Notes under the pieces: generated by a model
What the model was told of the DNA's origin: nothing
What the model saw: the letters and a program-made list of their open reading frames with translations, nothing else
Databases searched by the model: none
Assembly (NCBI GenBank): GCA_036398175.1
Contig: DASWHL010000137.1
Span: forward strand, 8,295-72,294
Reading direction: 5' to 3'
DNA length: 64,000 bases
Origin: Gemmatimonadales bacterium
GTDB taxonomy: Bacteria > Gemmatimonadota > Gemmatimonadetes > Gemmatimonadales > GWC2-71-9
In this document: in pieces, positions 20,728 to 29,227 of the stretch
Position numbering within the stretch: position 1 is the stretch's first letter
Layout: every line of letters starts with the position of its first letter
Program-made: the position numbers and the translations under genes

Positions 20728-20731
20728 GTGC

Positions 20732-21259
20732 TTACCTGCCCATCCGGTTCTTGAGTTCGCGAAGGCGCGCCTCCGCCTCCGCCTCGCGGCCCGCCCGATC
20801 CAGCGCGGCGCCCAGCTCGCCGTCGTCCACCTCCGGCGCCGGCTGCACCCGGCTTCCGTCGGCCGGCACGCCCGCCCGCAGCTCCAGGTCCCGCAGGCGC
20901 TGCACCACCTCGTCCACGTCGCGCTGCGTGAGCGCGAGTTCCGCCTGCTGGGCGGAGAGCTTCTGCTCGAGCATGGTCACGCGCTCACCATGCCGCGCGG
21001 TGAACCGTTCGGCCACCGCCACCGTCTCCGCGTCGCCCACGTCCACCGCCAGGGTCCCGCGCCGTCTGGCGTCCTCGAGCTGGCGGCGCTCGGACGCCAG
21101 CTCCCGCTCCGACTTCGCGAGCGCGTCGCGCAGCTGGAGCAGGGCGGCACGGCCCTCCACGGCGGCCCGGTGCAGCTCGTTGCGGAGATCGCGCCAGTCG
21201 GGCGGCGGCGTCGCCGCGTCGAGGGCCGCGTTCACGGCAGCCCGCAGCCGCTCGAACAC
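20732..21259 (-). CDS. coiled-coil protein, PspA/IM30-like (short)
   Basis: 175 aa. MFERLRAAVNAALDAA... followed by heptad-like Ala/Arg/Glu/Leu helices. 4-nt gaps to both neighbouring genes. Confidence 0.5.
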   Translation of the reverse strand: MFERLRAAVNAALDAATPPPDWRDLRNELHRAAVEGRAALLQLRDALAKSERELASERRQLEDARRRGTLAVDVGDAETVAVAERFTARHGERVTMLEQKLSAQQAELALTQRDVDEVVQRLRDLELRAGVPADGSRVQPAPEVDDGELGAALDRAGREAEAEARLRELKNRMGR

Positions 21260-21263
21260 GTCG

Positions 21264-21428
21264 TCAGCTCTTCCTGGACGTCTTGGCGAAGAACGCGCCG
21301 AACACCTGCCGCACCCGCTTCGACCCGCACTTGGGACAGGCGGGCGCCCGCGACCCGTGGGCCGCCAGCGACTCGACGCGCACGAACCGTTTGCCGCACT
21401 TCTCGCAGTCGTAGCTATACGTCGGCAT
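21264..21428 (-). CDS. FmdB-family zinc-ribbon protein
   Basis: Track ORF trimmed to ATG 21428: MPTYSYDCEKCGKRFVRVESL....CPKCGSKRVRQVF, with two CxxC pairs. 54 aa. Confidence 0.75.
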   Translation of the reverse strand: MPTYSYDCEKCGKRFVRVESLAAHGSRAPACPKCGSKRVRQVFGAFFAKTSRKS

Positions 21429-21539
21429 GGCTATCCCCTCAGAAGAGTCCCCTCCCCCCCTGGAAAGGCTACAGGCCGTGAAAAACCCGGTCAAGCACGC
21501 CCTATGGCCGCGGGAGGGCCAGGTGCCCAAATTCATGGT

Positions 21540-22025
21540 ATGAGACGCTTCCCCATTCTACTGCTCCCGCTCGTGCTGGCCTGCGGGGGCGACCGCAATC
21601 CGGAGAACAGCGCCCGGTGCGGGTTTGCCGTACTGGCCGCCGGCTCGATGATCCTGGACCAGTTTCAGGGTGGCGCCACCGTCATCTCCACCGCGCCCGC
21701 CGATCTCGCCGGCACCGTGCCCGCCCGGGTCGTGGGGCGCGGAACCACGCGGGCGCTCGTCGCCCGTACGGAGGGCGGCGTCTCGCTCGGGTTCGAAGGG
21801 GAGGGGTTCCCCCAGTACCCGGGGTTCGCCCTCGTCCTGGTGGACGACTCCACCGAGGTGCTGCGCGGCGTGCTGATCTTCGAGTCGGACGGACCGGCGG
21901 ACTACCCGCAGATCGGCACGATCGCGAGTGCCACGAGCACGCTGCCGCTCTACGCCATGCGGATCACCTGGAGCCGCGTCAGCGACGAGCGCTGTCCCCT
22001 GTTCGCCCCGACGCCCGCGCCGTGA
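21540..22025 (+). CDS. putative lipoprotein
   Basis: ATG 21540: MRRFPILLLPLVLACGGD (lipobox LVLAC). 161 aa, no other motif. It is the C-terminal part of a longer track ORF. Confidence 0.6.
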   Translation: MRRFPILLLPLVLACGGDRNPENSARCGFAVLAAGSMILDQFQGGATVISTAPADLAGTVPARVVGRGTTRALVARTEGGVSLGFEGEGFPQYPGFALVLVDDSTEVLRGVLIFESDGPADYPQIGTIASATSTLPLYAMRITWSRVSDERCPLFAPTPAP

Positions 22026-22056
22026 GGCCGGCAATCCGGGCCCGGCCGCTCCGTCC

Positions 22057-24000
22057 GTGACCAGCCCGCCGCCCCCGGACGCCGCCCCCTCCGGCCGGCC
22101 GGCCGTTGCGTCCGTCGAGGCGCTCGCGGCACTCGGCCAGGTCATTGCCGACGCCCGGACCCCCGAGGAAATCGGCGCGCGCTGTCTCGAACGCCTCGAG
22201 GCCATGACCGGGGCCACCCGCGCGACCTTCGGCGTGACCGGGCCCGCGAGCACCCTGCGCATCGTGGCGCGCCGTGGCGCCGGCACGCCCGTGGACGAGC
22301 ACCTGCTCGCGCTGGCGGGCCGGGCCGGCCCGCTGGCACTGACGGTCCCGGGGCTGGCCGAGCGCGGCGTGCACCTTCCCGATCCGGCGGTGGGCTGGGT
22401 GGGCGTCCCTGTCCGGACCGGACGGACGCTCATCGGGGCCATCAGCCTGGTGGCCGACCGTTCAGGGGTGCTCGGCCAGCACGCCATGCGGACGGCGCTG
22501 GCGGTGGGCGCGCAGGCCGCCGTGGCCCTCCAGAACACGCTGCTCCTGGCCGCGCTCTCGGAGGGCAAGCGGGAGTGGGAGCAGACCGTGGACGCCATCA
22601 CGGACGGGATCTGCGTGATGGACGCCGCGGGCACCATCCGGCGGGCCAACCGCGCGTTCTGCGCCCTCGCCGACATCCCGGTGACCGCCGTGGCCGGGCG
22701 GCCCTGGGTGACGCTCGTGCCGCCGGCCTGGGCCGCCACGTTCGCGGGCGTCCTCGACAAGCCGGGGGAGACGGCGGAACTGCGGGCCGGGACCCGCCTC
22801 TTCCTGGTCACGGCGCTGCCGCTCACCGACGCCGGGGCCGCCGCCGCGGTACTGGTGGTGAGCGACCAGACCGAGCGACGCCGCCTCCAGGAGCAGCTCT
22901 TTCAGTCGGAGAAGATGTCGGCCATCGGCCAGCTGATCGCGGGCGTCGCGCACGATCTCAACAACCCGCTCGCCTCGGTGGTCGGCTTCTCCGACTACCT
23001 CGTGGAGGCCGGCGGCGGCACGCCGGAGGAGCTGCTCGAGCCGCTGCGCGCCATCCGCCAGGAGGCCGAGCGCGCCGCGAACATCGTGAAGGGCCTGCTG
23101 TCCTTCGCGCGGAAGCAGGAGGGACGCCGGGCGCCACACCCCATCAACGACATCCTGACGGCCACCCTCCAGCTCCTCCGCAACCAGCTGATGGGGGCCA
23201 AGATCGAGACCGAGGTGGACGTGGCGCCGGGAACGCCGCCGGTGCACGTGGATGCCACCCAGCTCCAGCAGGTATTCGTCAACCTGGTGAACAACGCCGC
23301 CCAGGCCATCGAAGGGAGCGGCGTCGGGGGCCGGATCGTGATCCGCGCCATGCCCTGGCTGGAGGGGGTGGCCGTGACGGTCGAAGACGACGGCCCGGGC
23401 GTGCCCGCCGGGGTCGCGCAGCGCATCTTCGAGCCGTTCTTCACGACCAAGCCCGCCGGCGAAGGCACCGGGCTCGGCCTGTCCATCTGTCAGGGGATCG
23501 TGAAGGAGCACGGCGGTCGCCTCGCGCTCGTCACGACGGGACGCCGCGGCGCCGTTTTCAAGGTGGAACTCCCGGCGGCCGAACCCCACCCGCCCGCCCC
23601 GGCTGCCGTGGCCATCGCGCCGGACCGGCGCCTGCGGCTGCTGGTGGTGGACGACGAACCGCACATCCAGCACTACATGCGGGCCACGCTCGAAGCCTGG
23701 GGCCACGAGGTCACGCTCGCCGACAACGGTCGCGAAGCGCTGGAACTCGCCACCATCACCCCGTTCGACGTGATCATCTCGGATCTCCGCATGCCGGAAC
23801 TGGGCGGCCGTGAGATGCTGGAGCGGCTCCAGGCCCTCCGGCCCGAGGCGGCCGACCGGGTGGTGTTCAGCACCGGCGACACCGTCCGCGGCGACACCCT
23901 GGCCTTCCTCGAATCGCTCGGTCGCCCCTACCTGCGCAAGCCCTTCACCCTGACCGAGCTCCGCGCCGCCCTGGCCGACGCCGTCTGGCGAACCGGATAG
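22057..24000 (+). CDS. soluble hybrid sensor histidine kinase (GAF-like + PAS + HisKA + HATPase_c + receiver)
   Basis: Start set at GTG 22057, after the lipoprotein stop. H-box AGVAHDLNNPL, N-box VNLVNNAAQA, G1 EDDGPGV, G2 GTGLGLSI. Receiver LRLLVVDDEPHI...DVIISDLRMPELGG...KP. No TM segment seen. Confidence 0.9.
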   Translation: MTSPPPPDAAPSGRPAVASVEALAALGQVIADARTPEEIGARCLERLEAMTGATRATFGVTGPASTLRIVARRGAGTPVDEHLLALAGRAGPLALTVPGLAERGVHLPDPAVGWVGVPVRTGRTLIGAISLVADRSGVLGQHAMRTALAVGAQAAVALQNTLLLAALSEGKREWEQTVDAITDGICVMDAAGTIRRANRAFCALADIPVTAVAGRPWVTLVPPAWAATFAGVLDKPGETAELRAGTRLFLVTALPLTDAGAAAAVLVVSDQTERRRLQEQLFQSEKMSAIGQLIAGVAHDLNNPLASVVGFSDYLVEAGGGTPEELLEPLRAIRQEAERAANIVKGLLSFARKQEGRRAPHPINDILTATLQLLRNQLMGAKIETEVDVAPGTPPVHVDATQLQQVFVNLVNNAAQAIEGSGVGGRIVIRAMPWLEGVAVTVEDDGPGVPAGVAQRIFEPFFTTKPAGEGTGLGLSICQGIVKEHGGRLALVTTGRRGAVFKVELPAAEPHPPAPAAVAIAPDRRLRLLVVDDEPHIQHYMRATLEAWGHEVTLADNGREALELATITPFDVIISDLRMPELGGREMLERLQALRPEAADRVVFSTGDTVRGDTLAFLESLGRPYLRKPFTLTELRAALADAVWRTG

Positions 24001-24002
24001 CC

Positions 24003-24030
24003 GGGAGGGCGGCCCTCAGAATGCCCTCCC
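24003..24030 (+). terminator. hairpin downstream of the histidine kinase
   Basis: 8-bp stem GGGAGGGC / GCCCTCCC with a 12-nt loop, starting 3 nt after the stop. No U-tract. Confidence 0.4.
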
Positions 24031-24168
24031 ACCAGCCGTTGCCGCCGCACCCACGCCCCCGCGAGATTGTGTGATTCCGGGGAACCGGGGAACTCCGGTC
24101 GCGCCATCCGGGGTACGACGTGTGCGGCATTCTGCCATCGGCATTCGACGCCCGTTTCGTAAAGGCCC

Positions 24169-24954
24169 ATGATCTACGTCTGCGTTCCCGTGAAGAACAA
24201 CGCCGCCACGGTCGGGCTGCTGTTGTGGAAGATCCGGCAGGTGTTCGGCCAGAGCACACGGGAATATCAGTTGCTCGTCACCGACGACGGCTCCTCGGAC
24301 GAGACGCCGGAGGTGCTGGAGCGCTACCAGCGCGCGTTGCCGCTCACGGTCGTCCGGCCCGAGGCGCCCGGCCCGGCGGCGGCGTACGCGGCGCTGCTGG
24401 CGGAGGCCGTCCGCCGGTCGGATCGGCTGAAGCGCGACACGGCGGTCGTGATTCCCGCGGATTTCCGCATTTCCCCCGAGGGGATTCCGGAGCTGCTCCG
24501 ACGCATCGAGTCGGGGGCGGACCTGGCCGTCGCCGATACCCCGGTGGAGGGACTGCCGCCCGCGTGGCGCCTGCTCAGCCGGCTGACGCCGTGGCTGCTC
24601 CGCCCCGGCGCCCGCGTTCCCGGTGTGCGTGACTTCCTCTCCGGATGCCTGGCGGTGCGGCTCGTGACGGCGCGGGGAGCGGTCCGGGACCGGAACGGGG
24701 GCCCGTTCCTCGCCACCGACGGCCTCACGTCCCGCGCGGAGCTGGTGGCGCGCCTCGCGGCCGCGGCGCGCCAGACGGCCGGCGTGCCGCTGCCCTGCAG
24801 GCACCCCGCCGCGCTCTCGATCTCCGCCGCCCTGACCCTGGCGCTGCGCCTGCGGCGGCTCGGACGGACCCTGCACCCCAGGATCGCCGAACCCCGGATG
24901 GCGGACGAGGCGCCCGCGCCGCCCGCGTCGCCCGCCCGGTCGAGGGCGTCGTGA
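24169..24954 (+). CDS. glycosyltransferase family 2-like
   Basis: 261 aa. MIYVCVPVKNNAATVGLLL...LLVTDDGSSDETPEVL, the GT2 N-terminal DxD-type region. Confidence 0.7.
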   Translation: MIYVCVPVKNNAATVGLLLWKIRQVFGQSTREYQLLVTDDGSSDETPEVLERYQRALPLTVVRPEAPGPAAAYAALLAEAVRRSDRLKRDTAVVIPADFRISPEGIPELLRRIESGADLAVADTPVEGLPPAWRLLSRLTPWLLRPGARVPGVRDFLSGCLAVRLVTARGAVRDRNGGPFLATDGLTSRAELVARLAAAARQTAGVPLPCRHPAALSISAALTLALRLRRLGRTLHPRIAEPRMADEAPAPPASPARSRAS

Positions 24955-25718
24955 CCGCCGCCGGCCGCTTCCTGCTCCTCACCATGATCTGGGCGGGCGT
25001 CGCGCGCGCCCAGACCACGGACGCGATGCCGCCCACCCCGCGGAACTGGGTGGGCGAGCGCCTCCAGTACGACGCCCGGTTTGGCGTCATCCCGCTCGGG
25101 GGTGCGACGCTCGAGGTCGCCGGGCTCGACACGCTCCGCGGCGCCGAAGCCCTCCACATCCGGTTCGTGGTGGACGGCGGGAGCTTCCTCTACCAGCTGT
25201 ACAACGTGTGGGACTCGTGGGTGGCCCTGGACGACTTCACCTCGCGCCGGTTCGTGCAGGACCACGAGGAGGGTCGGAAGAAATACCGCAACGTCTACGA
25301 CATCTATCCCGACTCGGGATTCTATCGGCAGGAGGGCGTGGACAGCACGATGCCTACCTCGCCGCTGCCGCTCGACGATGCCGCGTTCTTCTATTTCGTG
25401 CGCACGGTGCCGCTGGTGGAAGGCGAGCGCTACGAGTTCGACCGCTATTTCAAGCCGGACCGGAACCCGGTCGTGCTCGAGGTGATCGGGAGGGACACGG
25501 TGGACGTGCCGGCCGGACGGTTCGACTGTCTCATCGTCCGTCCCATCATCAAGGGCGGTGGCATCTTCCGGGAAAAGGCCGACGGCCAGCTGTGGATCAG
25601 CAACGACGACCGCCGGCTGGTGGTGCAGATCAAGAGCCGGTTCTACTTCGGCTCCCTCACGTTCCGGCTGACGAAGATCGGCCTCGTGCCCGCGCCCCAT
25701 CCCGCCGACAGCCCCTGA
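24951..25718 (+). CDS. DUF3108-like exported protein
   Basis: GTG 24951 (GTGA overlap with GT2). Signal-like AAGRFLLLTMIWAGVARAQ. ERLQYDARFGVIPLGGATLEV and GQLWISNDDRRLVVQIKS match my recollection of DUF3108. Confidence 0.6.
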   Translation: MTAAGRFLLLTMIWAGVARAQTTDAMPPTPRNWVGERLQYDARFGVIPLGGATLEVAGLDTLRGAEALHIRFVVDGGSFLYQLYNVWDSWVALDDFTSRRFVQDHEEGRKKYRNVYDIYPDSGFYRQEGVDSTMPTSPLPLDDAAFFYFVRTVPLVEGERYEFDRYFKPDRNPVVLEVIGRDTVDVPAGRFDCLIVRPIIKGGGIFREKADGQLWISNDDRRLVVQIKSRFYFGSLTFRLTKIGLVPAPHPADSP

Positions 25719-25726
25719 GCACAGCG

Positions 25727-25758
25727 GGCGCGCGGGGCCACCCACCACCCCGCGCGCC
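25727..25758. terminator. bidirectional terminator-like hairpin between convergent genes
   Basis: 11-bp stem GGCGCGCGGGG / CCCCGCGCGCC with a 10-nt loop. Lies between the DUF3108 stop (25718) and the small membrane protein stop (25779). Confidence 0.5.
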
Positions 25759-25778
25759 GCATCCGGCGCTCCGCGGAG

Positions 25779-25997
25779 TCAGTCGGCGTTGGAACGCTTG
25801 CCGGTGATGGCGTCGTGCACGCGCCCCGCGGCCACGGGATTCACGACCTTGAGCACCAGGTAGACCAGGAACCCCGCGCCCGCCAGCCACAGCAGGGTCC
25901 AGAACAGGCCGATCACCACGCCCACCAGCCCCAGGACTACCTTGATCGCGAAGAACGCGACGACGGCGATGACGGCGTATCCGAGCAACGTGCGCAT
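25779..25997 (-). CDS. small membrane protein (two predicted TM helices)
   Basis: 72 aa: MRTLLGYAVIAVVAFFAIKVVLGLVGVVIGLFWTLLWLAGAGFLVYLVLKVV. Confidence 0.55.
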   Translation of the reverse strand: MRTLLGYAVIAVVAFFAIKVVLGLVGVVIGLFWTLLWLAGAGFLVYLVLKVVNPVAAGRVHDAITGKRSNAD

Positions 25998-26101
25998 GAC
26001 ACCCTCCTTTGGCGCGCGGAAGCGCTCTGGCGCTTCCCGGCGGCCGACATAGTATCGTACGAACGTACGGATCCGACGGTTTCATCTCAAGGCGGACGAG
26101 C

Positions 26102-27223
26102 ATGACCACTCCGGACGTGCTGGTGGTCGGCGGCGGGATCGTGGGGGCGTCCGTGGCCCGGGCCGTGGCGGCGGCCGGCCACCGCGTCGAGATCGTGGAC
26201 AGCGGGGCGGAACCAGGCGTCGCGACGCAGGCGTCGGCGGGAATGCTGGCGCCGCTCGTCGAGGCGCACGAGAAGGACGCCCTCATCGGGCTCACGGTCC
26301 GCGGGCGGGACCTGTACCGCGAGCTGGCCCCCGTGCTCCGCGAGGAGACCGGCGTGGACGTGGGCCTCTGGCTCGACGGCGTGCTGCGCCTCGCGTTCAC
26401 CGAAGCCGAAGAAACCCAGGGACGCGGCGCGGTGGCGTGGCAGCGCCAGCGGGGCCTGAACTCCGAGTGGCTGTCCGCGGGTGAGCTGCAGAACCGCTGC
26501 CCGTGGCTCGCGCCCGATCACGTGCGGGGAGCCCTGCTGGCCCCGGAGGACGGGGCCCTGGAGCCGCTGGCCACGCTCGAGGCCATGCTGGTGAGCGCGG
26601 CCCGGCACGGCGCGCGACTCGTCCGCGGCGAGCCGGTGATCGGCGTCGAGACCGAGGAGGGTCGCGTGAGCGGCGTGCGCACCCGCTCGGGCCGCCGCCC
26701 CGCGGGGGCAGTGGTCATCGCGGCGGGCGCCTGGTCCGGGCGGATCGGCGGGTTGCCACGACCGCTCTCCGTCGAGCCCGTGCGCGGGCAGATGCTGGCC
26801 TACGCCTGGCCGCCAGACGATCCCCCGGCCATCGTCTTCGGCCGCGGCGGCTACCTCCTGCGACGCGGTGACGAGGCACTCGTCGGCTCCACCATGGAGT
26901 TCGCGGGCTTCAACGCGTCCACCACCGAGGCCGGACGCGCGCGCCTCGAGGCCACCGCCGCGGGCCTCTACCCGGCCCTCGCGCACACGGAGATCCGCCG
27001 CACCTGGGCCGGCCTCCGCCCCTGTACGCCGGACGGCTATCCCATCATCGGTCCCGACTCGGACCGGCCCAACCTCTGGTACGCAACCGGGCACGGGCGG
27101 AACGGCGTCCTGCTGGCCGCCGTGACCGGCGAGATCATTGCGCATCTAGTGAGCGGAAACCCCATGGATCAGCTCGAGATGGACCTGACCCCCGTCCGCG
27201 CGTCCCGCTTCTGGCGGTTCTAG
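26102..27223 (+). CDS. FAD-dependent oxidoreductase, glycine oxidase (ThiO)/DAO family
   Basis: ATG 26102. Dinucleotide fold DVLVVGGGIVGASVARAVAAAGHRVEIVD. 373 aa, typical DAO-family length. Confidence 0.8.
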   Translation: MTTPDVLVVGGGIVGASVARAVAAAGHRVEIVDSGAEPGVATQASAGMLAPLVEAHEKDALIGLTVRGRDLYRELAPVLREETGVDVGLWLDGVLRLAFTEAEETQGRGAVAWQRQRGLNSEWLSAGELQNRCPWLAPDHVRGALLAPEDGALEPLATLEAMLVSAARHGARLVRGEPVIGVETEEGRVSGVRTRSGRRPAGAVVIAAGAWSGRIGGLPRPLSVEPVRGQMLAYAWPPDDPPAIVFGRGGYLLRRGDEALVGSTMEFAGFNASTTEAGRARLEATAAGLYPALAHTEIRRTWAGLRPCTPDGYPIIGPDSDRPNLWYATGHGRNGVLLAAVTGEIIAHLVSGNPMDQLEMDLTPVRASRFWRF

Positions 27224-27231
27224 CGAGCCGC

Positions 27232-27286
27232 ATTCAACCAGAAGGTTGAATTCCAAGCCGTTGGCTGGCCTGCCCTTGGCAGGCCA
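27232..27286 (+). other. two tandem hairpins between the ThiO-like gene and lipA
   Basis: Hairpin 1: ATTCAACC AGAA GGTTGAAT (27232..27251). Hairpin 2: TGGCCTGC CCTTG GCAGGCCA (27266..27286). Neither has a clear U-tract. Confidence 0.35.
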
Positions 27287-27303
27287 ACTAAGTTCAGCGG
27301 TCT

Positions 27304-28227
27304 ATGGAACTCGTTCCCCTGATCTCCGGTCGCTCCGGCACCGTCCTCACGCCCGCGCCCGCCCCTGCCCGCAAACCCGCGTGGCTCAAGGTGAAGGCGC
27401 CGGGCGGTGCCACGTACGCCGACGTGAAACGCCTGATGCGGGACCTCAAGCTGAACACGGTCTGCGAGGAAGCGCATTGCCCCAACATCGGCGAATGCTG
27501 GGAGCACCGGGCCGCCACCTTCATGATCCTGGGCGACGTGTGCACGCGGAACTGCGCCTACTGCGCGGTCGCGCACGGTACGCCGGCGCCAGCCGACGCC
27601 GGGGAACCCGCGCGGCTCGCCGAGGCGGTGACGCGGATGGCGCTCCGCCACGTGGTGATCACCAGCGTGGACCGCGACGACCTGCCCAATGGCGGCGCCG
27701 AGGCGTTTGCCGGCTGCGTCACGGAGATCCGGCGGCGCCTGCCCGACACATCGGTCGAGTTGCTCATTCCCGACTTCAAGGGCTCGGATGCCGCCCTTCA
27801 GATCGTCGTGGACGCGCGCCCGGACATCCTGAACCACAACCTCGAGACGGTCGAACGTCTGTATCGCATCGCACGGCCCGGCGGGCGGTACGCCCGGGCG
27901 CTGCGGCTGCTGCGGCGCGCCCGGGAGATCGCCCCCGAGCTGCTGACCAAGTCGGGCATCATCTGCGGCCTGGGCGAGGAGTGGGATGAGCTGCTGGTGG
28001 CGATGCGCGACCTGCGCGAACAGGGCGTGGACATCCTCACCCTTGGCCAGTATCTGCGCCCGTCCGGCGGGCACCTGCCGGTGGCGCGCTTCTACACGCC
28101 GGCCGAGTTCGCCGAGCTGCGGTCCCTCGGCCGCGCCATGGGATACCGGCACGTCGAGGCGGGACCGCTGGTCCGGTCGTCCTATCACGCGTGGGAGCAG
28201 GTGCAGCACGCCGAGGCCGCGTCTTGA
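27304..28227 (+). CDS. lipA: lipoyl synthase
   Basis: 307 aa. CEEAHCPNIGECW auxiliary cluster motif and radical-SAM CTRNCAYC. Confidence 0.95.
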   Translation: MELVPLISGRSGTVLTPAPAPARKPAWLKVKAPGGATYADVKRLMRDLKLNTVCEEAHCPNIGECWEHRAATFMILGDVCTRNCAYCAVAHGTPAPADAGEPARLAEAVTRMALRHVVITSVDRDDLPNGGAEAFAGCVTEIRRRLPDTSVELLIPDFKGSDAALQIVVDARPDILNHNLETVERLYRIARPGGRYARALRLLRRAREIAPELLTKSGIICGLGEEWDELLVAMRDLREQGVDILTLGQYLRPSGGHLPVARFYTPAEFAELRSLGRAMGYRHVEAGPLVRSSYHAWEQVQHAEAAS

Positions 28228-29225
28228 GCCCGGCGCAGGACCAGGCGCGCGCCCTGGACCCCACGCGCAGCGATTTCTATCACGGGCTGCTGCGCCGCAT
28301 GGCCCTGGTTCGCCGGTTCGAGGAGCGGGCCGGCGAGGCATACGCGCAGGGGCGGATCGGCGGCTTCTGCCACCTGTACATCGGCCAGGAGGCCGTGGCC
28401 ACGGGATCGCTCGCGGCGCTCCGGCCCGACGACTACGTCTTCGCGGCGTACCGGGAGCACGCGCACGCCATTCTGCGCGGGACGGCGCCGCGCGCCGTGA
28501 TGGCCGAGCTGTACGGCAAGGCCACCGGCTGCTCCCGCGGCAAGGGCGGCTCGATGCACCTGTTCGACGCCGAACGCAACTTCCTGGGCGGGCACGGGAT
28601 CGTCGGGTCGCACATCCCCATCGCGGCGGGGGCGGGCTTTGCCATCAAGACGCGCGGCACCGACCAGGTGGCCGTGTGCTACTTCGGCGAGGCGGCCGTG
28701 AACATCGGCGCGTTCCACGAGACGCTGAACATGGCGGCCCTGTGGGAGCTGCCGACCGTCTTCATTTGCGAGAACAACCGCTACGGCATGGGGACCGCGC
28801 TGGAGCGCGCCGCGGCCGTGTACGACGTGTCGCACCGCGCCTGCTCCTACGACATGGCCTCGGAGACCGTGGACGGGATGGACGTGCTCGCCGCCTACGA
28901 GGTGATGGCCCGCGCCGTGCAGCGCGGCCGCGAGGACAAGCTCCCCACGCTCATCGAGGCCCGCACCTACCGCTACATGGGCCACTCGATGGCCGACCCC
29001 ATCCACGGCCACTACCGCACCAAGGACGAGCTGGAGGAGCAGAAGGCCCTCGATCCCATCCAGCGGCTCGAACACGCCCTGACGGAGGCGAACCTCCTCG
29101 ACGCGGACGGGCTCGCGGCCATGCGGGAGGAGATCGAGGCGGAAGTGGACGACGCGGTGCGCTTCGCCGAAGAGAGCCCGGACCCGGACGAGGCCGAGCT
29201 GTTCACCGACGTCACCCGGGACTGA
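28224..29225 (+). CDS. pdhA: pyruvate (2-oxoacid) dehydrogenase E1 alpha subunit
   Basis: GFCHLYIGQEAV and TPP region GEAAVNIGAFHETLNMAALWELPTVFICENNRYGMGT. Start uncertain: TTG 28224 (TTGA overlap with the lipA stop) or GTG 28191. Confidence 0.9.
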   Translation: MSPAQDQARALDPTRSDFYHGLLRRMALVRRFEERAGEAYAQGRIGGFCHLYIGQEAVATGSLAALRPDDYVFAAYREHAHAILRGTAPRAVMAELYGKATGCSRGKGGSMHLFDAERNFLGGHGIVGSHIPIAAGAGFAIKTRGTDQVAVCYFGEAAVNIGAFHETLNMAALWELPTVFICENNRYGMGTALERAAAVYDVSHRACSYDMASETVDGMDVLAAYEVMARAVQRGREDKLPTLIEARTYRYMGHSMADPIHGHYRTKDELEEQKALDPIQRLEHALTEANLLDADGLAAMREEIEAEVDDAVRFAEESPDPDEAELFTDVTRD

Positions 29226-29227
29226 CC

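Noticed and set aside
24060-24110. Duplicated CCGGGGAAC motif as an ECF-sigma (-35 GGAAC) promoter for the GT2 gene
   Set aside because: I could not find a convincing CGTC-type -10 at the right spacing, so the call would be guesswork.
25998-26101. TPP riboswitch upstream of the ThiO-like gene
   Set aside because: No CUGAGA / ACCUGAUCUGGAUAAUGCCAGCG-like core. The region is too short and holds only a simple hairpin plus a hexamer repeat.
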